From an uncultured Methanosarcinaceae archaeon (GTDB lineage: Archaea > Halobacteriota > Methanosarcinia > Methanosarcinales > Methanosarcinaceae), in NCBI GenBank assembly GCA_963721455.1, contig CAVRJG010000053.1:160001-224000 (forward strand): a DNA stretch of 64,000 nt, given 5' to 3'. Below are positions 30,357 through 41,085 of this stretch, one piece after another. Numbering within the stretch: position 1 is the first letter of the stretch; each line of letters opens with the position of its first letter. The position numbers and the translations under genes are program-made. Below the pieces are notes generated by a model. It was not told the origin of the DNA. It made no database searches and worked only from the letters and a program-made list of their open reading frames with translations.

Positions 30357-33176
30357 ATGAGAGAAAGCCTGAGAAAGTCCGGCATTGATATTGTTGGAGA
30401 TGTGCCCTGGGGAACGCACTTCTGCCAATTCTACCAGACAAAAAAAGATTTGATGGACATACTTGTTCCCTACTTCAAAGCAGGGCTGGAAAACAATGAA
30501 TTTTGTATGTGGGTCACATCACAACCTTCGGAAGTAGAAAAGGCAAAAAAAGCCCTTCGAAAGGCTGTTCCTGATATTGATGTTTATCTGGAAAAAGGGC
30601 AAATCGAAATTATCCCTTACACCAGCTGGAGTGTAAAAGAGGGTAGTTTTGATTCGGAGAGAGTATTGAACGTCTGGGTTGAAAAACTCAACCAGACCCT
30701 GGAAAATGGCTATGACGGTTTGAGGTTGGGAAATTCTTTCCGGCTGGAAAAAAAGAATTGGAATGATTTTGCCGATTATGAGGAACAGCTAGACGATGTC
30801 ATTGGCAATTACCAGATGATGGCTCTCTGTACTTATCCTCTCGACGGGTGCAACGCAACCGAGATAGTCGATATGGTCATTAACCACCAATTTGCTTTGG
30901 TCAAAAGGGAAGGAAAATGGGAACAGATCGAAAGTTTCAGGCGTAAAAAAGCAGAAGAGAAAATCCGGAACCTGGCAAGCATCGTGGAGTCATCAAACGA
31001 TGCCATCATAACTGAATCCCTTGATGGCATTATTGCCAGCTGGAATAAAGGTGCAAGGCAAATCTATGGTTATTCAGCTAAAGAAATTATTGGAAAGCCC
31101 ATATCCATCCTGGAGCCATCCATATTAATTGAAGAAACAAAAGAATTAGTTGAACTGATTGAACAGGGAGATAAAATTCACTATTATGAGACTTTACATT
31201 TAAGAAAGGATGGCACTATGATAAATGTATCACTAACTCTTTCCCCGGTTTTTGATACATCTGGAAAGCTGACCGCTATCTCAATTATCGCCAGAGATAT
31301 AACCAAAAGTAAAAAAGCAGAAGAAAAACTCCAGAAAAGCGAGGAGAGATACAGGATTGTCACAGAGCAAACCGGACAGGTAGTATATGAATATGATCTA
31401 AGAACAGATAAGAGCAGCTGGGCAGGTGCCATAGAAGAGATTACAGGATATAGTTTTGGAGAATTCCAGAAGTTTGGGGAGAACTTCTGGATTAAGAATA
31501 TTCACCTTACAGATACGAGTCGTCTGGATGAAAAATCCCTGAACGTGAGAAAGACCGGAGGCAGGTATAAGGAAGAATTAAAGTTGAGAAGAAAAGACGG
31601 GACTTACATTTATATAGAAAACAGCGGGATCTGGCTTACGGATCATGAGGGTCAGCCTTACAGGGCTCTCGGAGTACTGAAAGATATTACAGGTGCCAAG
31701 ATTGCAGACATCCATCTCCAGAAAAGTGAGGAAAGATATCGCATAGCAGCCGAACAGACCGGGCAGGTTGTATTCGATTTCAAGCTCGACACACGTGAAG
31801 TCGAGTGGGCAGGAGCCATCCGGGAAGTAACAGGGTACGGTCCGGAAGAGTTTAAAAATTGTGACAAGTCGTTCTGGATAGAACATCTGCACCCAGAAGA
31901 CAGGACCGGACTGCTTGAGAACCTGATGATGTTTTTTAAGAAAGGGGAGAAAATTCAGGCAGAATACAGGTTCAGGAAAAAAGATGGAAACTACATCTAT
32001 ATGGAGATCCGGGGAGTCTGGCTTAAAGATGAAGAAGGGAAGGTGTACAGAGCCATCGGGGTAATGAAAGATATTACGGAATGGAAACATGCGATAGAAA
32101 AGGTTGAAGCCAGTGAGAGGAAGTACCGCTCTGTTATACAGAATTTCAAGGGAATTGTTTTTCAAGCGGATGAGAATTTCATTCCCGTGTTTCTGCAAGG
32201 AGCCATTGAAGAGATCACCGGGTATAGTGAAGAAGAGTTAGTATCCCGGATGCAGTGGAAAGACATCATCCACCCCGATGACCTGCCTCTCTCCCTCAAA
32301 GAGGATGAAAAGGTTCGGAGTGCTCCGTCTACAGGTTACGGGGAAATTGACATCCGTCTGATACGCAAGGACGGAAGAATCAAGTGGGTGCATGGGATCT
32401 ACCAGAAAGTTCAGGGAAAGGATGGAGAGCCAGAATACTATGAGGGTGCGATTTATGATGTGACTGAAAGAAAAGAGACCGAAAAGTTTCTTGCAAGTAT
32501 CGAAACTGCCCGTAGAAAGGAGATCCACCACAGGATCAAAAATAACCTGCAGGTAATTTCCTCCCTTATCGACCTTCAGGCTGAAAAGTTCAAAAACAGA
32601 GAATGTGTCGACGATTCGGAGGTTTTGAAAGCCTTCAGGGAAAGCCAGGACAGAGTAATGTCCATTGCCCTGATCCATGAAGAACTGCACGAAGGCATAG
32701 GAAACGATACGCTGAATTTTTCACCATATCTGGAGAGGCTTGTTAAGAACCTTTTCCAGACATACAGATTTGGAAATGCCGATATTAGCTTAAACATGGA
32801 CCTGGAAGAAAACATTTTCCTTAACATGGATAATGCAGTTCCATTAGGCATAATCATTAACGAACTCGTTTCAAACTCTCTCAAATACGCATTTACCGAC
32901 AAGGATAATGGGAGAATTCAAATCAAGCTTTGTAGAGAAGAATCTCGAGAATGTAAAGATAATAGAGCAGGAAACAATAATGAGTGCTTAAAGGGCACCA
33001 GTTTTATTTTGGCAGTATCAGATAATGGGATCGGTGTGCCTGAAAGTTTTGATCTGGAAAATCCTGGCGGTCTTGGCATACAACTGGTGACCACTCTTAT
33101 AGACCAATTAGGAGGCAAACTTGAACTAAAAAGAGACAACGGGACAGAATTCATTTTAAGGTTTACAGTAGTGTAA
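30357..33176 (+). CDS. MEDS plus multi-PAS sensor histidine kinase (HisKA_2/HWE-like)
   Basis: WGTHFCQFY (MEDS), four PAS-like repeats, EIHHRIKNNLQ, NELVSNSLKYAF, DNGIG. Confidence 0.94.
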   Translation: MRESLRKSGIDIVGDVPWGTHFCQFYQTKKDLMDILVPYFKAGLENNEFCMWVTSQPSEVEKAKKALRKAVPDIDVYLEKGQIEIIPYTSWSVKEGSFDSERVLNVWVEKLNQTLENGYDGLRLGNSFRLEKKNWNDFADYEEQLDDVIGNYQMMALCTYPLDGCNATEIVDMVINHQFALVKREGKWEQIESFRRKKAEEKIRNLASIVESSNDAIITESLDGIIASWNKGARQIYGYSAKEIIGKPISILEPSILIEETKELVELIEQGDKIHYYETLHLRKDGTMINVSLTLSPVFDTSGKLTAISIIARDITKSKKAEEKLQKSEERYRIVTEQTGQVVYEYDLRTDKSSWAGAIEEITGYSFGEFQKFGENFWIKNIHLTDTSRLDEKSLNVRKTGGRYKEELKLRRKDGTYIYIENSGIWLTDHEGQPYRALGVLKDITGAKIADIHLQKSEERYRIAAEQTGQVVFDFKLDTREVEWAGAIREVTGYGPEEFKNCDKSFWIEHLHPEDRTGLLENLMMFFKKGEKIQAEYRFRKKDGNYIYMEIRGVWLKDEEGKVYRAIGVMKDITEWKHAIEKVEASERKYRSVIQNFKGIVFQADENFIPVFLQGAIEEITGYSEEELVSRMQWKDIIHPDDLPLSLKEDEKVRSAPSTGYGEIDIRLIRKDGRIKWVHGIYQKVQGKDGEPEYYEGAIYDVTERKETEKFLASIETARRKEIHHRIKNNLQVISSLIDLQAEKFKNRECVDDSEVLKAFRESQDRVMSIALIHEELHEGIGNDTLNFSPYLERLVKNLFQTYRFGNADISLNMDLEENIFLNMDNAVPLGIIINELVSNSLKYAFTDKDNGRIQIKLCREESRECKDNRAGNNNECLKGTSFILAVSDNGIGVPESFDLENPGGLGIQLVTTLIDQLGGKLELKRDNGTEFILRFTVV

Positions 33177-33296
33177 AAGAAGTAAGGGTAAAAAGAGTCG
33201 TGTCCGCACTTATTGATTATAGTACACTCATCAATTAAGTAGACTTTATAAACCTGGTTCTATGCTAATAATGGTGTTCAAAAGTGTACTTAGAGC

Positions 33297-34258
33297 CTAT
33301 CCGAAAAGTCCTGCTGCTCTGAATGTTATCCATGCACATGCTAAGTGTAGCGTAGCAAGGTAATTCTCAATTTTCTTTTCCCATCTTATAAGCAGTCTTC
33401 TGAATCTGTTTATCCAGGAATGTGTCCTTTCTACAACCCATCTTCTTGCCCTAAAACCTGGTATCTCTATTCTTATGTTTTCCTCTCCACGGCTTTTGAT
33501 ATGGGCAGTATAACCATATTCTTTAACCAATTCTCTGATATCAGGAAAATCATATCCTTTATCCATACATATATTCTGAATTCCCTCGTCTGGAGAAGGT
33601 CTTTCAAAAATAATAGCACCTAAAGTCTCTTTTAAAAGCTTTTTATCGTGACGATTTGCTCCATCAACAGTTACTGAAAGTGGTATACCTTTACCATCTG
33701 TTAAAATGCTCCTTTTTGTACCTTTTCTGCCACGATCAGTTGGATTAGCTCCGGTCCCAGCTCCACCTAATGGTGCTTTTGTCATAGCACCGTCAATTGC
33801 TTGCCACTCCCACTCTAATCCATTTTTATTATCGTATTCCAGTAGACCAGCTTCCCACATTTTTTCAAATAATCCTGCTTTTTGCCATTCCTGAAATCGA
33901 TCATGGACAGTGCTTGAAGCTCCATAAAATCGTGGCAAAGCTTTCCATTGGCAACCAGTACGAAGAAGATAAAAAATACCACTCAGTATTCTCTTATCAT
34001 CTTTTCGAGGTCTTCCAGGCTTTTTTTTGGGTTTAGGGAGAGGTAATAATAGTTTGATTCATGTGGATTCGGTTAAGGTGCAAAACGCCAAAAAGTGTTA
34101 TTTTTTATGTAATATATCTAAGAATTATGTTGGAAAATCGCTATACATGGTATTCGAAGTTGTGCATAAAATTCGTTAACCGATGACCAATGTAGTTTGA
34201 TTTTATTCCAGAATTCTTCAGAGATCTCGTAGTCGTGTCCGTTTTTTCGTGTTGTCAC
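33297..34258 (-). pseudogene. IS5-family DDE transposase interrupted by a MITE
   Basis: MTTRKNGHDYEISEEFWNKIKL | insertion | LLPLPKPKKKPGRP...LRTGCQWKALPR...MDKGYD...RWVVERTHSW. Confidence 0.9.
34060..34192. mobile_element. 133-bp MITE with CAT...ATG ends (IS4/ISH8-like)
   Basis: Imperfect TIR CATGTGGATTCGGTTAA / TTAACCGATGACCAATG; 10-bp target duplication TAGTTTGATT at 34050-34059 and 34193-34202. Confidence 0.88.
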
Positions 34259-34385
34259 TAATCAACATTACCCTAAAATGTAGTTATTCTACTTTTCGGA
34301 TAGGCTCTTAATAAAAATAGAAATTTAAACGAACTAGGTAGCTTTGGATAGGCTCTCAAGTTCGTCTATTTTACTAATAGATTAT

Positions 34386-35945
34386 TTACTTCTTTAAGTC
34401 TAAGCCTTGAGCTACAGCTGCGCCCAAGTTCTGGTCTGCCTGTCGCAGGTTATCTACTGCTCGCGTCTGGATCTCAGGTTTGGTTACATGGCTGAGATCG
34501 AACACCAGGTTGGAAACCAAGTGCTCCTTCTCAGTCTGGTTCAAGGAGCGGTATCTCTCTCCTGCCTGAGTAAAGTCATCCGTCTTGTAGATCTGCTCCC
34601 GCGTCATATTTCCTTCGACGTAAGGCTTATATGTCTCTCCTTCCTGGGAAACAGGTTTAGATCCTCCCTGGCTGCTGGGATAGTAATTGACGGAGCCATT
34701 GAACACCTGGTACTGCATGGCCCCATCGCGCTGGTTATTGTCTACTCCTGCCAGAGGTCTGTTGGTGGGCAACTCATTGAAGTTAGCCCCCAGGCGGTAG
34801 CGCTGTGTATCGGCGTAGGAGAATGTCCTGCCTTGAAGCATTTTGTCAGCAGAGAACTCGATTCCTGGAACCAGATTAGCTGGGCAGAAGGCTGCTTCCT
34901 CGACTTGAGTAAAGAAATTTTCGGGGTTGCGGTTAAGCACCATCTTGCCTACTGGTAGCAGGGGGAACTTGTCCTCCGGCCAGATCTTGGTGTCATCTAG
35001 AGGATCAAAGGTCTGATTCATCTCCTCGGAGATATTCATTGTTTGCACATAGAGCTCATACTCCGGGTAATCTCCCTTTTGAATGGCATTCCACAGATCT
35101 CTGGTGAGATAGTCTGGGTCTTCACCAGCTATCTTGGTAGCATTCTGGCGATCGAAATTATGCACTCCTAGCTTTGGTTTCCAGTGATATTTGACGTATA
35201 TGGGTTGGCCTTCCTTGTTTACCCACACATACGTATTAACTCCAAATCCTTCCATCATCCTGTAGCTAGCTGGAGTCCCTCGATCTGAGAAGACCCATGT
35301 AAGCATATGAGTTGACTCCGGAGTAAGGGATATGAAATCCCAGAAGTTATTGTGTCCCGAAGACGACGATGGAGTATTGTTGTTGGGCTCAGCTTTTAGG
35401 GCATGAATAAAATCAGGGAACTTGACAGCGTCTCTGATAAAGAAGACGGGTATATCGTTACCTACCAGATCATAATTACCCTCTTCAGTGTAGAACTTAA
35501 CCGCGAATCCCCGAACATCCCTCACTGTATCCGCGGAACCCTTACTTCCTGCTACTGTGGAGAAACGCACAAAGACGGGAGTCTGGTTATTAGAATCCTG
35601 CAGAAATTTAGCCTTAGTGTAATTGTCCATTGGCTCGTAAACCTGGAAGTAACCGAAGGCTCCGGCACCCTTAGCATGCACTACCCTCTCGGGAATGCGC
35701 TCCCGATCGAAGTGAGAGATCTTCTCAACGAACTGGAAGTCTTGCAAAAGAGTCGGACCGCGCTCGCCTACGGTAAGAGAATTATTGTCGTTGTTAATTG
35801 GATAACCCTGACTAGTGGTCATATTTTTGCTTATATTTGTCCCATTTCCTTCTGATGACTTAGCGAGAGATAAACCTGGTAGAAGAATCGCAAGAGTCAT
35901 CAAAAGTGCTAAAATATATTTCAAATCTCTACGAGAAATATACAA
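34386..35945 (-). CDS. Monofunctional heme catalase with N-terminal signal peptide
   Basis: FDRERIPERVVHAKG, RFSTV, DLVGN, QGRTFSYADTQRYRLG; N-terminus MYISRRDLKYILALLMTLAILLPGLSLA. Confidence 0.95.
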   Translation of the reverse strand: MYISRRDLKYILALLMTLAILLPGLSLAKSSEGNGTNISKNMTTSQGYPINNDNNSLTVGERGPTLLQDFQFVEKISHFDRERIPERVVHAKGAGAFGYFQVYEPMDNYTKAKFLQDSNNQTPVFVRFSTVAGSKGSADTVRDVRGFAVKFYTEEGNYDLVGNDIPVFFIRDAVKFPDFIHALKAEPNNNTPSSSSGHNNFWDFISLTPESTHMLTWVFSDRGTPASYRMMEGFGVNTYVWVNKEGQPIYVKYHWKPKLGVHNFDRQNATKIAGEDPDYLTRDLWNAIQKGDYPEYELYVQTMNISEEMNQTFDPLDDTKIWPEDKFPLLPVGKMVLNRNPENFFTQVEEAAFCPANLVPGIEFSADKMLQGRTFSYADTQRYRLGANFNELPTNRPLAGVDNNQRDGAMQYQVFNGSVNYYPSSQGGSKPVSQEGETYKPYVEGNMTREQIYKTDDFTQAGERYRSLNQTEKEHLVSNLVFDLSHVTKPEIQTRAVDNLRQADQNLGAAVAQGLDLKK

Positions 35946-36901
35946 TGAAACTACCCCCCAATTATGGTTATATCATTATTCAAGCACATGATTATATAAT
36001 TTTCGTTACTATATACCTGATTAAATATATGTATTTTTATATAACAACTGGCCATATCAGCATAGGAGGGAGTAATAATAAAGATCTAAGGATTTCTCCT
36101 CGGCAATAGACTTCGATGACTTTTTTCTTTGCGGATTTTCAGGTTATACTATTTAATATCTGTTTATTAGATGTAATAAATATATAACAGATACTTACTT
36201 TTAAAACGCCTGCTGATTCTAAAAACTGGACTAGAAAGCTGCTCCTGATTTAATTATTCAAAATGTGGATTTAAAGCCTGCTACGAGCATGTCCTTATCT
36301 TCTAGGGTATGAAAAAACTCCGGTTCCTTTGGCTTTAATCTTCGGGATGGCCATTGGGGATTTCAGCTTATCAGCATCAGGGCCGCCATACGAGAGATGA
36401 AAACTGTCACAAGTCCAGTTTCATATTTTTCATTTCACACGCCTAGCGTCCTAAATACCTATCCATATTCAAAACGATAGCCCTGGCCATTGTACGTGGC
36501 TTCTGGGTATATGTGCTTAGGTATGTGGAAGGGTACAAAGAAGCTACGCTTAATCCACTACAATGCCTTCGGCAGAAATGCTCACCCTACCAGTTTTCTT
36601 AATATCCTGAACCGAAGGATAGTCCAAATACTTATGACCCAAATTTCTGGGTGGAGATGGATTGCAATACCTGAAAAAATGAGTTAATATTACTATGTCA
36701 AGTTACTTTCCTCCATCTTTTAAACCTTCAAATGGAGAATCAATCTCAAGTTCTCACCGTTTTCAAAATCTTTAAGCTTCACCTCTTCATTTTCATTATC
36801 CCAGTCAGGTTCATAATCAGTATAATAAGTTTCAATTCTCTGTTTAATATCAATTTTTGTGATTCAACACTTGGACCGAATAATCCCGAGAGAGCATCTA
36901 A

Positions 36902-37035
36902 GAGCCTATCCGAAAAGTGTTGTGACCTACTGTAGCTTTTACAATAGGTAATATGCACTGCCGGAATGGATACTCTATATTTATAGACCTATAGTAACTT
37001 CACAACATGCCATTATTGACTTTTCGGATAGGCTC
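36902..37035. mobile_element. 134-bp MITE with the ends of the IS5 element
   Basis: Ends GAGCCTATCCGAAAAGT / ACTTTTCGGATAGGCTC are identical to those of 33293-34307. Confidence 0.9.
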
Positions 37036-37071
37036 TTAATTCATCGGTTGGCTATAATTCAAACGAAAAGG

Positions 37072-37195
37072 TAAACTACTGAAAGCATGGAAAACACGGA
37101 ATAAAGGAAACATGGGCACAATCTTTCCGTGTTTTCCGTGGTTATAGAGTCTGGATTGAGTTTTTCCGTGCCCATCGCTGTTTTTCATGTTTATA
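37072..37195. repeat. Palindromic REP-like repeat, copy of the 25436-25672 family
   Basis: ACTGAAAGCATGGAAAACACGGAA...GGGCACAATCTTTCCGTGTTTTCCGTGG...GAGTTTTTCCGTGCCC. Confidence 0.7.
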
Positions 37196-37256
37196 AAGTT
37201 TGAATTATAGTGTTTAAAAGTGTATTTAATTTGTGCGTTGACTATAATTGGCGTAA

Positions 37257-37385
37257 AGCTGATCCCAAAACTCAAAATTGCTTTTCTGAATCTCTTATTC
37301 AGAATAATCAATCGGGTTTCGGATCGTGAAAAAATTGTTCTGAAATGTTACTGACTTGAGAATAAAATTGGTTTTGGGATGAGCT
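37257..37385. mobile_element. ~130-bp MITE
   Basis: TIR AGCTGATCCCAAAAC / GTTTTGGGATGAGCT. Confidence 0.8.
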
Positions 37386-37407
37386 CATACGATAAAACCT
37401 CCGGGTC

Positions 37408-38010
37408 TTAATGGAATTTTTCCTCAAAAACCTCGCCCTGCGGTTCTTTTTCCTTGAAAATCTGCCCTTCGAAACAGGAGACTTCGGCTCCTTTGAGCCA
37501 GGCGTCCGGAGAAAGGCCGGCTTTCAGACAGGTATGACTCAGAAAGTCGATAGAATCCATATTGTTTTCAGGAGCGACCTGAGGAAGCAGCAGTCCCTGG
37601 CAATAGCCCTGCTTTACAATAAGACCATGCCTTCCGATCTCTATACGGCCAGGAAGCTCTTTTGGAGGAGCATTGATCTTTTCAGGCGGGGTAAGAATTG
37701 TAACCTCAACAACTATATCATCCAGCTCATCTGCTCCGACAGGTGGGAAACGCGGGTCACGGGTTGCCGCAGAAATGGCAGAATCCATAATTGCTTCCTC
37801 AAGTGTGGAGTCAGGAAAAGGATGCCCTATACAACCCCTGAGGAGCCCGTTTTCCGTAAGTGTGACAAAAACACCCCTCTTCTCCCCGAAAACCGGCGAA
37901 AGCTCAAAACCGAGCTCCTGAGGTTCCGGAAGCCTTTCTTCAGATAGGAAAGATTCAATCGTCTTCCTTGCAAGTTTGACTGCAGTCCTGCCTTCGATGT
38001 CTGTAAGCAT
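37408..38010 (-). CDS. AMMECR1 domain protein
   Basis: GVFVTL...[22 protein letters not shown]. Confidence 0.93.
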   Translation of the reverse strand: MLTDIEGRTAVKLARKTIESFLSEERLPEPQELGFELSPVFGEKRGVFVTLTENGLLRGCIGHPFPDSTLEEAIMDSAISAATRDPRFPPVGADELDDIVVEVTILTPPEKINAPPKELPGRIEIGRHGLIVKQGYCQGLLLPQVAPENNMDSIDFLSHTCLKAGLSPDAWLKGAEVSCFEGQIFKEKEPQGEVFEEKFH

Positions 38011-38255
38011 GTTTGAACCAACACCTCTATTTTATTATTCCAGCATGTGAATGTCAGCCAGTAGTATCAGCTACAGGTTAATGACAAGATGTGTATGGAA
38101 GCTATTATAACAGTATGTTTATCGGCGCTGGTTAAAGTAGATTTCCAGAACTTGATTTCTGAGGAGCCGGAAGATGAGAAAAATTATTTGAAAAAAGTTT
38201 TAAAATTTTGGCAGGAAAGGACTGCCGAATAGAAAGCTCACTATTGTGAACTGCC

Positions 38256-38294
38256 CCGAAGCTAAAGACTTCGGAGTCTCACGCTTCTTCCTAT
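38256..38294. repeat. Hairpin resembling an IS200/IS605-family end
   Basis: CCGAAG-CTAAAGA-CTTCGG followed by ACGCTTCTTCCTAT. Confidence 0.55.
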
Positions 38295-38323
38295 AAAGGC
38301 CGGAACTCTCGGGAACAGGACAA

Positions 38324-39562
38324 TTAAAGTTTTTTAGCTTCCTGGTACTTTTTGGCCGCAGCCTTCAGAGCCTCAACGCCTGGAAGCTTTACCCCGGCAA
38401 GATAGTCAATGCATGCCCCTCCACCTGTGCTGATGTGGGAAAAACGGTGTTCAAGGCCTAGATGACCAACTTCTGCCGAGATATGCCCCCCGCCAACGAT
38501 TGAAAACTCGGATTTGATCGCAGCTTTTATTATTTCGTGAGTTCCAAGGGCAAAATCATCAAGTTCGGAAACGCCCGCAGGGCCGTTTAAGACAACCGTT
38601 TTTGCATTCTCGATTTCATGGGTAAAGTCCACGATGGTTTCAAGCCCTATATCATTTATGGGAAGAGAATCTGAATCAAGTTCCGAAACCGGCGCTTCGA
38701 CCCGCTTCTTATTATCGTTTAAAGCCACGTCCTGGGGGAGGCCCACCTTGTCTTTGAACTTCGCAAGCAGGCCTTTTGCCTTTTCGATCTGGGCTTCGTA
38801 ACCCTGTGACTTGATGAAATCCAAATTGGTTTTTCCGATATTTACTCCGGATGCAGCAAGGGCCACGTTTGCTACTACCCCGGTCAGGAGTACCCGGTCA
38901 GCCCCTCCATTTGCAAGCACATTTTCCGCCACTCTAAGGGAGTCGTCCACTTTTGCCCCTCCGAGCACGAAAATAGCTGGCCTTTCCCCTCCTTTGACCC
39001 CTCTTTCCAGAGATACAATCTCTTTTTCCATTACCCTTCCGGCTCCAGACGGAAGAACTTCCGTAAACCCGACCACAGAGAGATGAGACCTGTGAGATAC
39101 GGCAAAGGCATCGTTGAGGAAAATATCCACAAAAGGTGCCAGCTTTGTAACCGGATATGTGTTGGCCTGTTCTGCCGGAGACCTTTCGAGGCTTTCTTCG
39201 GAATAGAACCTTACATTTTCAAGCAGTATGACATCACCATTTTCCATCGAAGCAATCCGGGTCTTTGCATAAGTTCCGAAGATATCGTCAACATAGAGAA
39301 CCTGCTTGCTCAGATATTTGGACATTAAGTTGGCATGAGGCTTCATCGTCGTGAAGTCTTTTTTCCCTGGCCTGCTCTGGTGCGCAAGCAAAACAACTTT
39401 TGCGTCCTCAAGATCCTTCAAGGTGGCAATATGGCTTCGGATCCGCATATCATCCAGAATATTACCCCGTGGATCCATAGGAGAGTTCAGGTCAACCCTT
39501 ACAAGAACTGTCTTTCCATATGTGTCAAAATCATCGATTGTAAGAAAGTTTCTAGAAGTCAT
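38324..39562 (-). CDS. pgk: Phosphoglycerate kinase
   Basis: RVDLNSP, AHQSRPG, LLENVRF, GGAKVDD, STGGGA. Confidence 0.97.
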   Translation of the reverse strand: MTSRNFLTIDDFDTYGKTVLVRVDLNSPMDPRGNILDDMRIRSHIATLKDLEDAKVVLLAHQSRPGKKDFTTMKPHANLMSKYLSKQVLYVDDIFGTYAKTRIASMENGDVILLENVRFYSEESLERSPAEQANTYPVTKLAPFVDIFLNDAFAVSHRSHLSVVGFTEVLPSGAGRVMEKEIVSLERGVKGGERPAIFVLGGAKVDDSLRVAENVLANGGADRVLLTGVVANVALAASGVNIGKTNLDFIKSQGYEAQIEKAKGLLAKFKDKVGLPQDVALNDNKKRVEAPVSELDSDSLPINDIGLETIVDFTHEIENAKTVVLNGPAGVSELDDFALGTHEIIKAAIKSEFSIVGGGHISAEVGHLGLEHRFSHISTGGGACIDYLAGVKLPGVEALKAAAKKYQEAKKL

Positions 39563-39881
39563 AACCTCAGCGCACCTTTGTGAATAAGATTTTATATATA
39601 GATTGAAGAATAAAATTTAAAAGACAAAATTTTAGGAAATTTTTCTTCATTATAATAGTGGTTATCTTGTTCATGGGATTTTTTCCATAAATAAGTTTGT
39701 CTGTGTTCAGGTCTCGTGAGATAGATTGTGAATTTTATATAAAAGTCAGAAGAAAAAAGACCAATCCATCCATATCACTTGAGAAATAGACCGCACTATC
39801 AGGACAAAATATTAAAGGAGGTAGAAAGCGACGACGTATGAAAAAGAAAACCTTAGAGACTTTGAAGAGAGGGTCAAAACA

Positions 39882-40424
39882 ATGGTGGAAGCAGGATATA
39901 CAACTGTTGGAAGAGAGATAATTAAATGCACGCGATGTCCGCTCCATAAAAGTGCAATCAGGAGAGTTATAGGGAAAGGATCCTGCAATCCGAAAGTTTT
40001 CTTCATAGGAGAGGCACCCGGAAAAAACGAAAACGAAACAGGGATTCCGTTCTACGGAAGGGCAGGAAAAAAGCTGGACAAGATGATCGAGTATATGGGG
40101 CTTTCTGAAAAGGATTGGATGGTGACAAACACTGTCAAATGCCACCCTCCGGAAAACAGAAAGCCCGGAATAAACGAGATTGAATGCTGCAAGCCCTTCC
40201 TTCTTGCACAGATAATTCTGCTTGACCCAAAAATTATAATTCTGCTTGGTAACACAGCCGAGAAGTCCTTTTGCCCTGGAAGAAAACTCGAATGGGGAGT
40301 CCCTGTAGAACACGAAGGAAGAACGATCCTGAAACTCTATCATCCTGCAGCCCTGATTTACACAGCTTCAAAGATAGAGACCCAGTATGCTTTCATTGAC
40401 AAAAACAGGGAGCTGTGGAGCTGA
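39882..40424 (+). CDS. Uracil-DNA glycosylase, family 4 (Fe-S)
   Basis: CTRCPL, IGEAPG, VKCHPPENRKP, YHPAA. Confidence 0.92.
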   Translation: MVEAGYTTVGREIIKCTRCPLHKSAIRRVIGKGSCNPKVFFIGEAPGKNENETGIPFYGRAGKKLDKMIEYMGLSEKDWMVTNTVKCHPPENRKPGINEIECCKPFLLAQIILLDPKIIILLGNTAEKSFCPGRKLEWGVPVEHEGRTILKLYHPAALIYTASKIETQYAFIDKNRELWS

Positions 40425-40698
40425 TCACTTCGAATGACCAGCCATGCTCTCCGCAAAAATAATAAAAATTATTGATTCATAAATTATAAATATCGAGATC
40501 CTTACTCTATTATTGGGGTTTGTATGGCGACCAGGGAACAAATACTAAATAATGACCAGGGTACCTGATGCCAGAATTGAACATTTAAAACGCAAATGCT
40601 TAATGCCTTATAGCAAATTCCCGAATCGCAAACAATATTTTATTATTCTAATATTTTATACCATATATTAGAGAAGAGGTTCTTTGGGAGGAGTAGTC

Positions 40699-40995
40699 AT
40701 GTCAATGGTTAAAATGTCACCTGATGTACTTTCGTGTTCTGATGACAAGGGAAACATGGAAATTCAAATTAATCTGCCTGGAGTAAAGAAAGAGAATATC
40801 GAATTAAAGATGGTCGAGGAAGGCTTTTTCATAAGAGCAAAAAGAGAAGAAACCGGGGTCGAATACGCCGGAACTTATGCATTTTGCTGCGGGGTCGTCC
40901 CTGAGAAAGCTGTTGCGAAATACTGCGACGGAAAACTGTATGTGACAGTGCCTTACAGGGAGACTACGGAAACCGTGGACGTCAAAATTCAGTAA
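40699..40995 (+). CDS. Hsp20/alpha-crystallin family small protein
   Basis: LPGVKKENI, AKYCDGKLYVTVP. Confidence 0.85.
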   Translation: MSMVKMSPDVLSCSDDKGNMEIQINLPGVKKENIELKMVEEGFFIRAKREETGVEYAGTYAFCCGVVPEKAVAKYCDGKLYVTVPYRETTETVDVKIQ

Positions 40996-41085
40996 AATCC
41001 CGGAGTAATAAAAAAATTATCGATATTAATATTAGCATCTTGAATTGAATTTTGTAATTCAAAAAAACGGTAAGATGGAGGGAGA

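Larger units (their letters stand above)
33293..34307 (-). mobile_element. IS5-family (IS1031-like) insertion sequence
   Basis: 17-bp TIR GAGCCTATCCGAAAAGT / ACTTTTCGGATAGGCTC, flanked by TTA on both sides. Confidence 0.9.

Noticed and set aside
36490-37311. Short ORFs in the catalase-AMMECR1 gap
   Set aside because: They overlap MITEs and repeats or lack coding features
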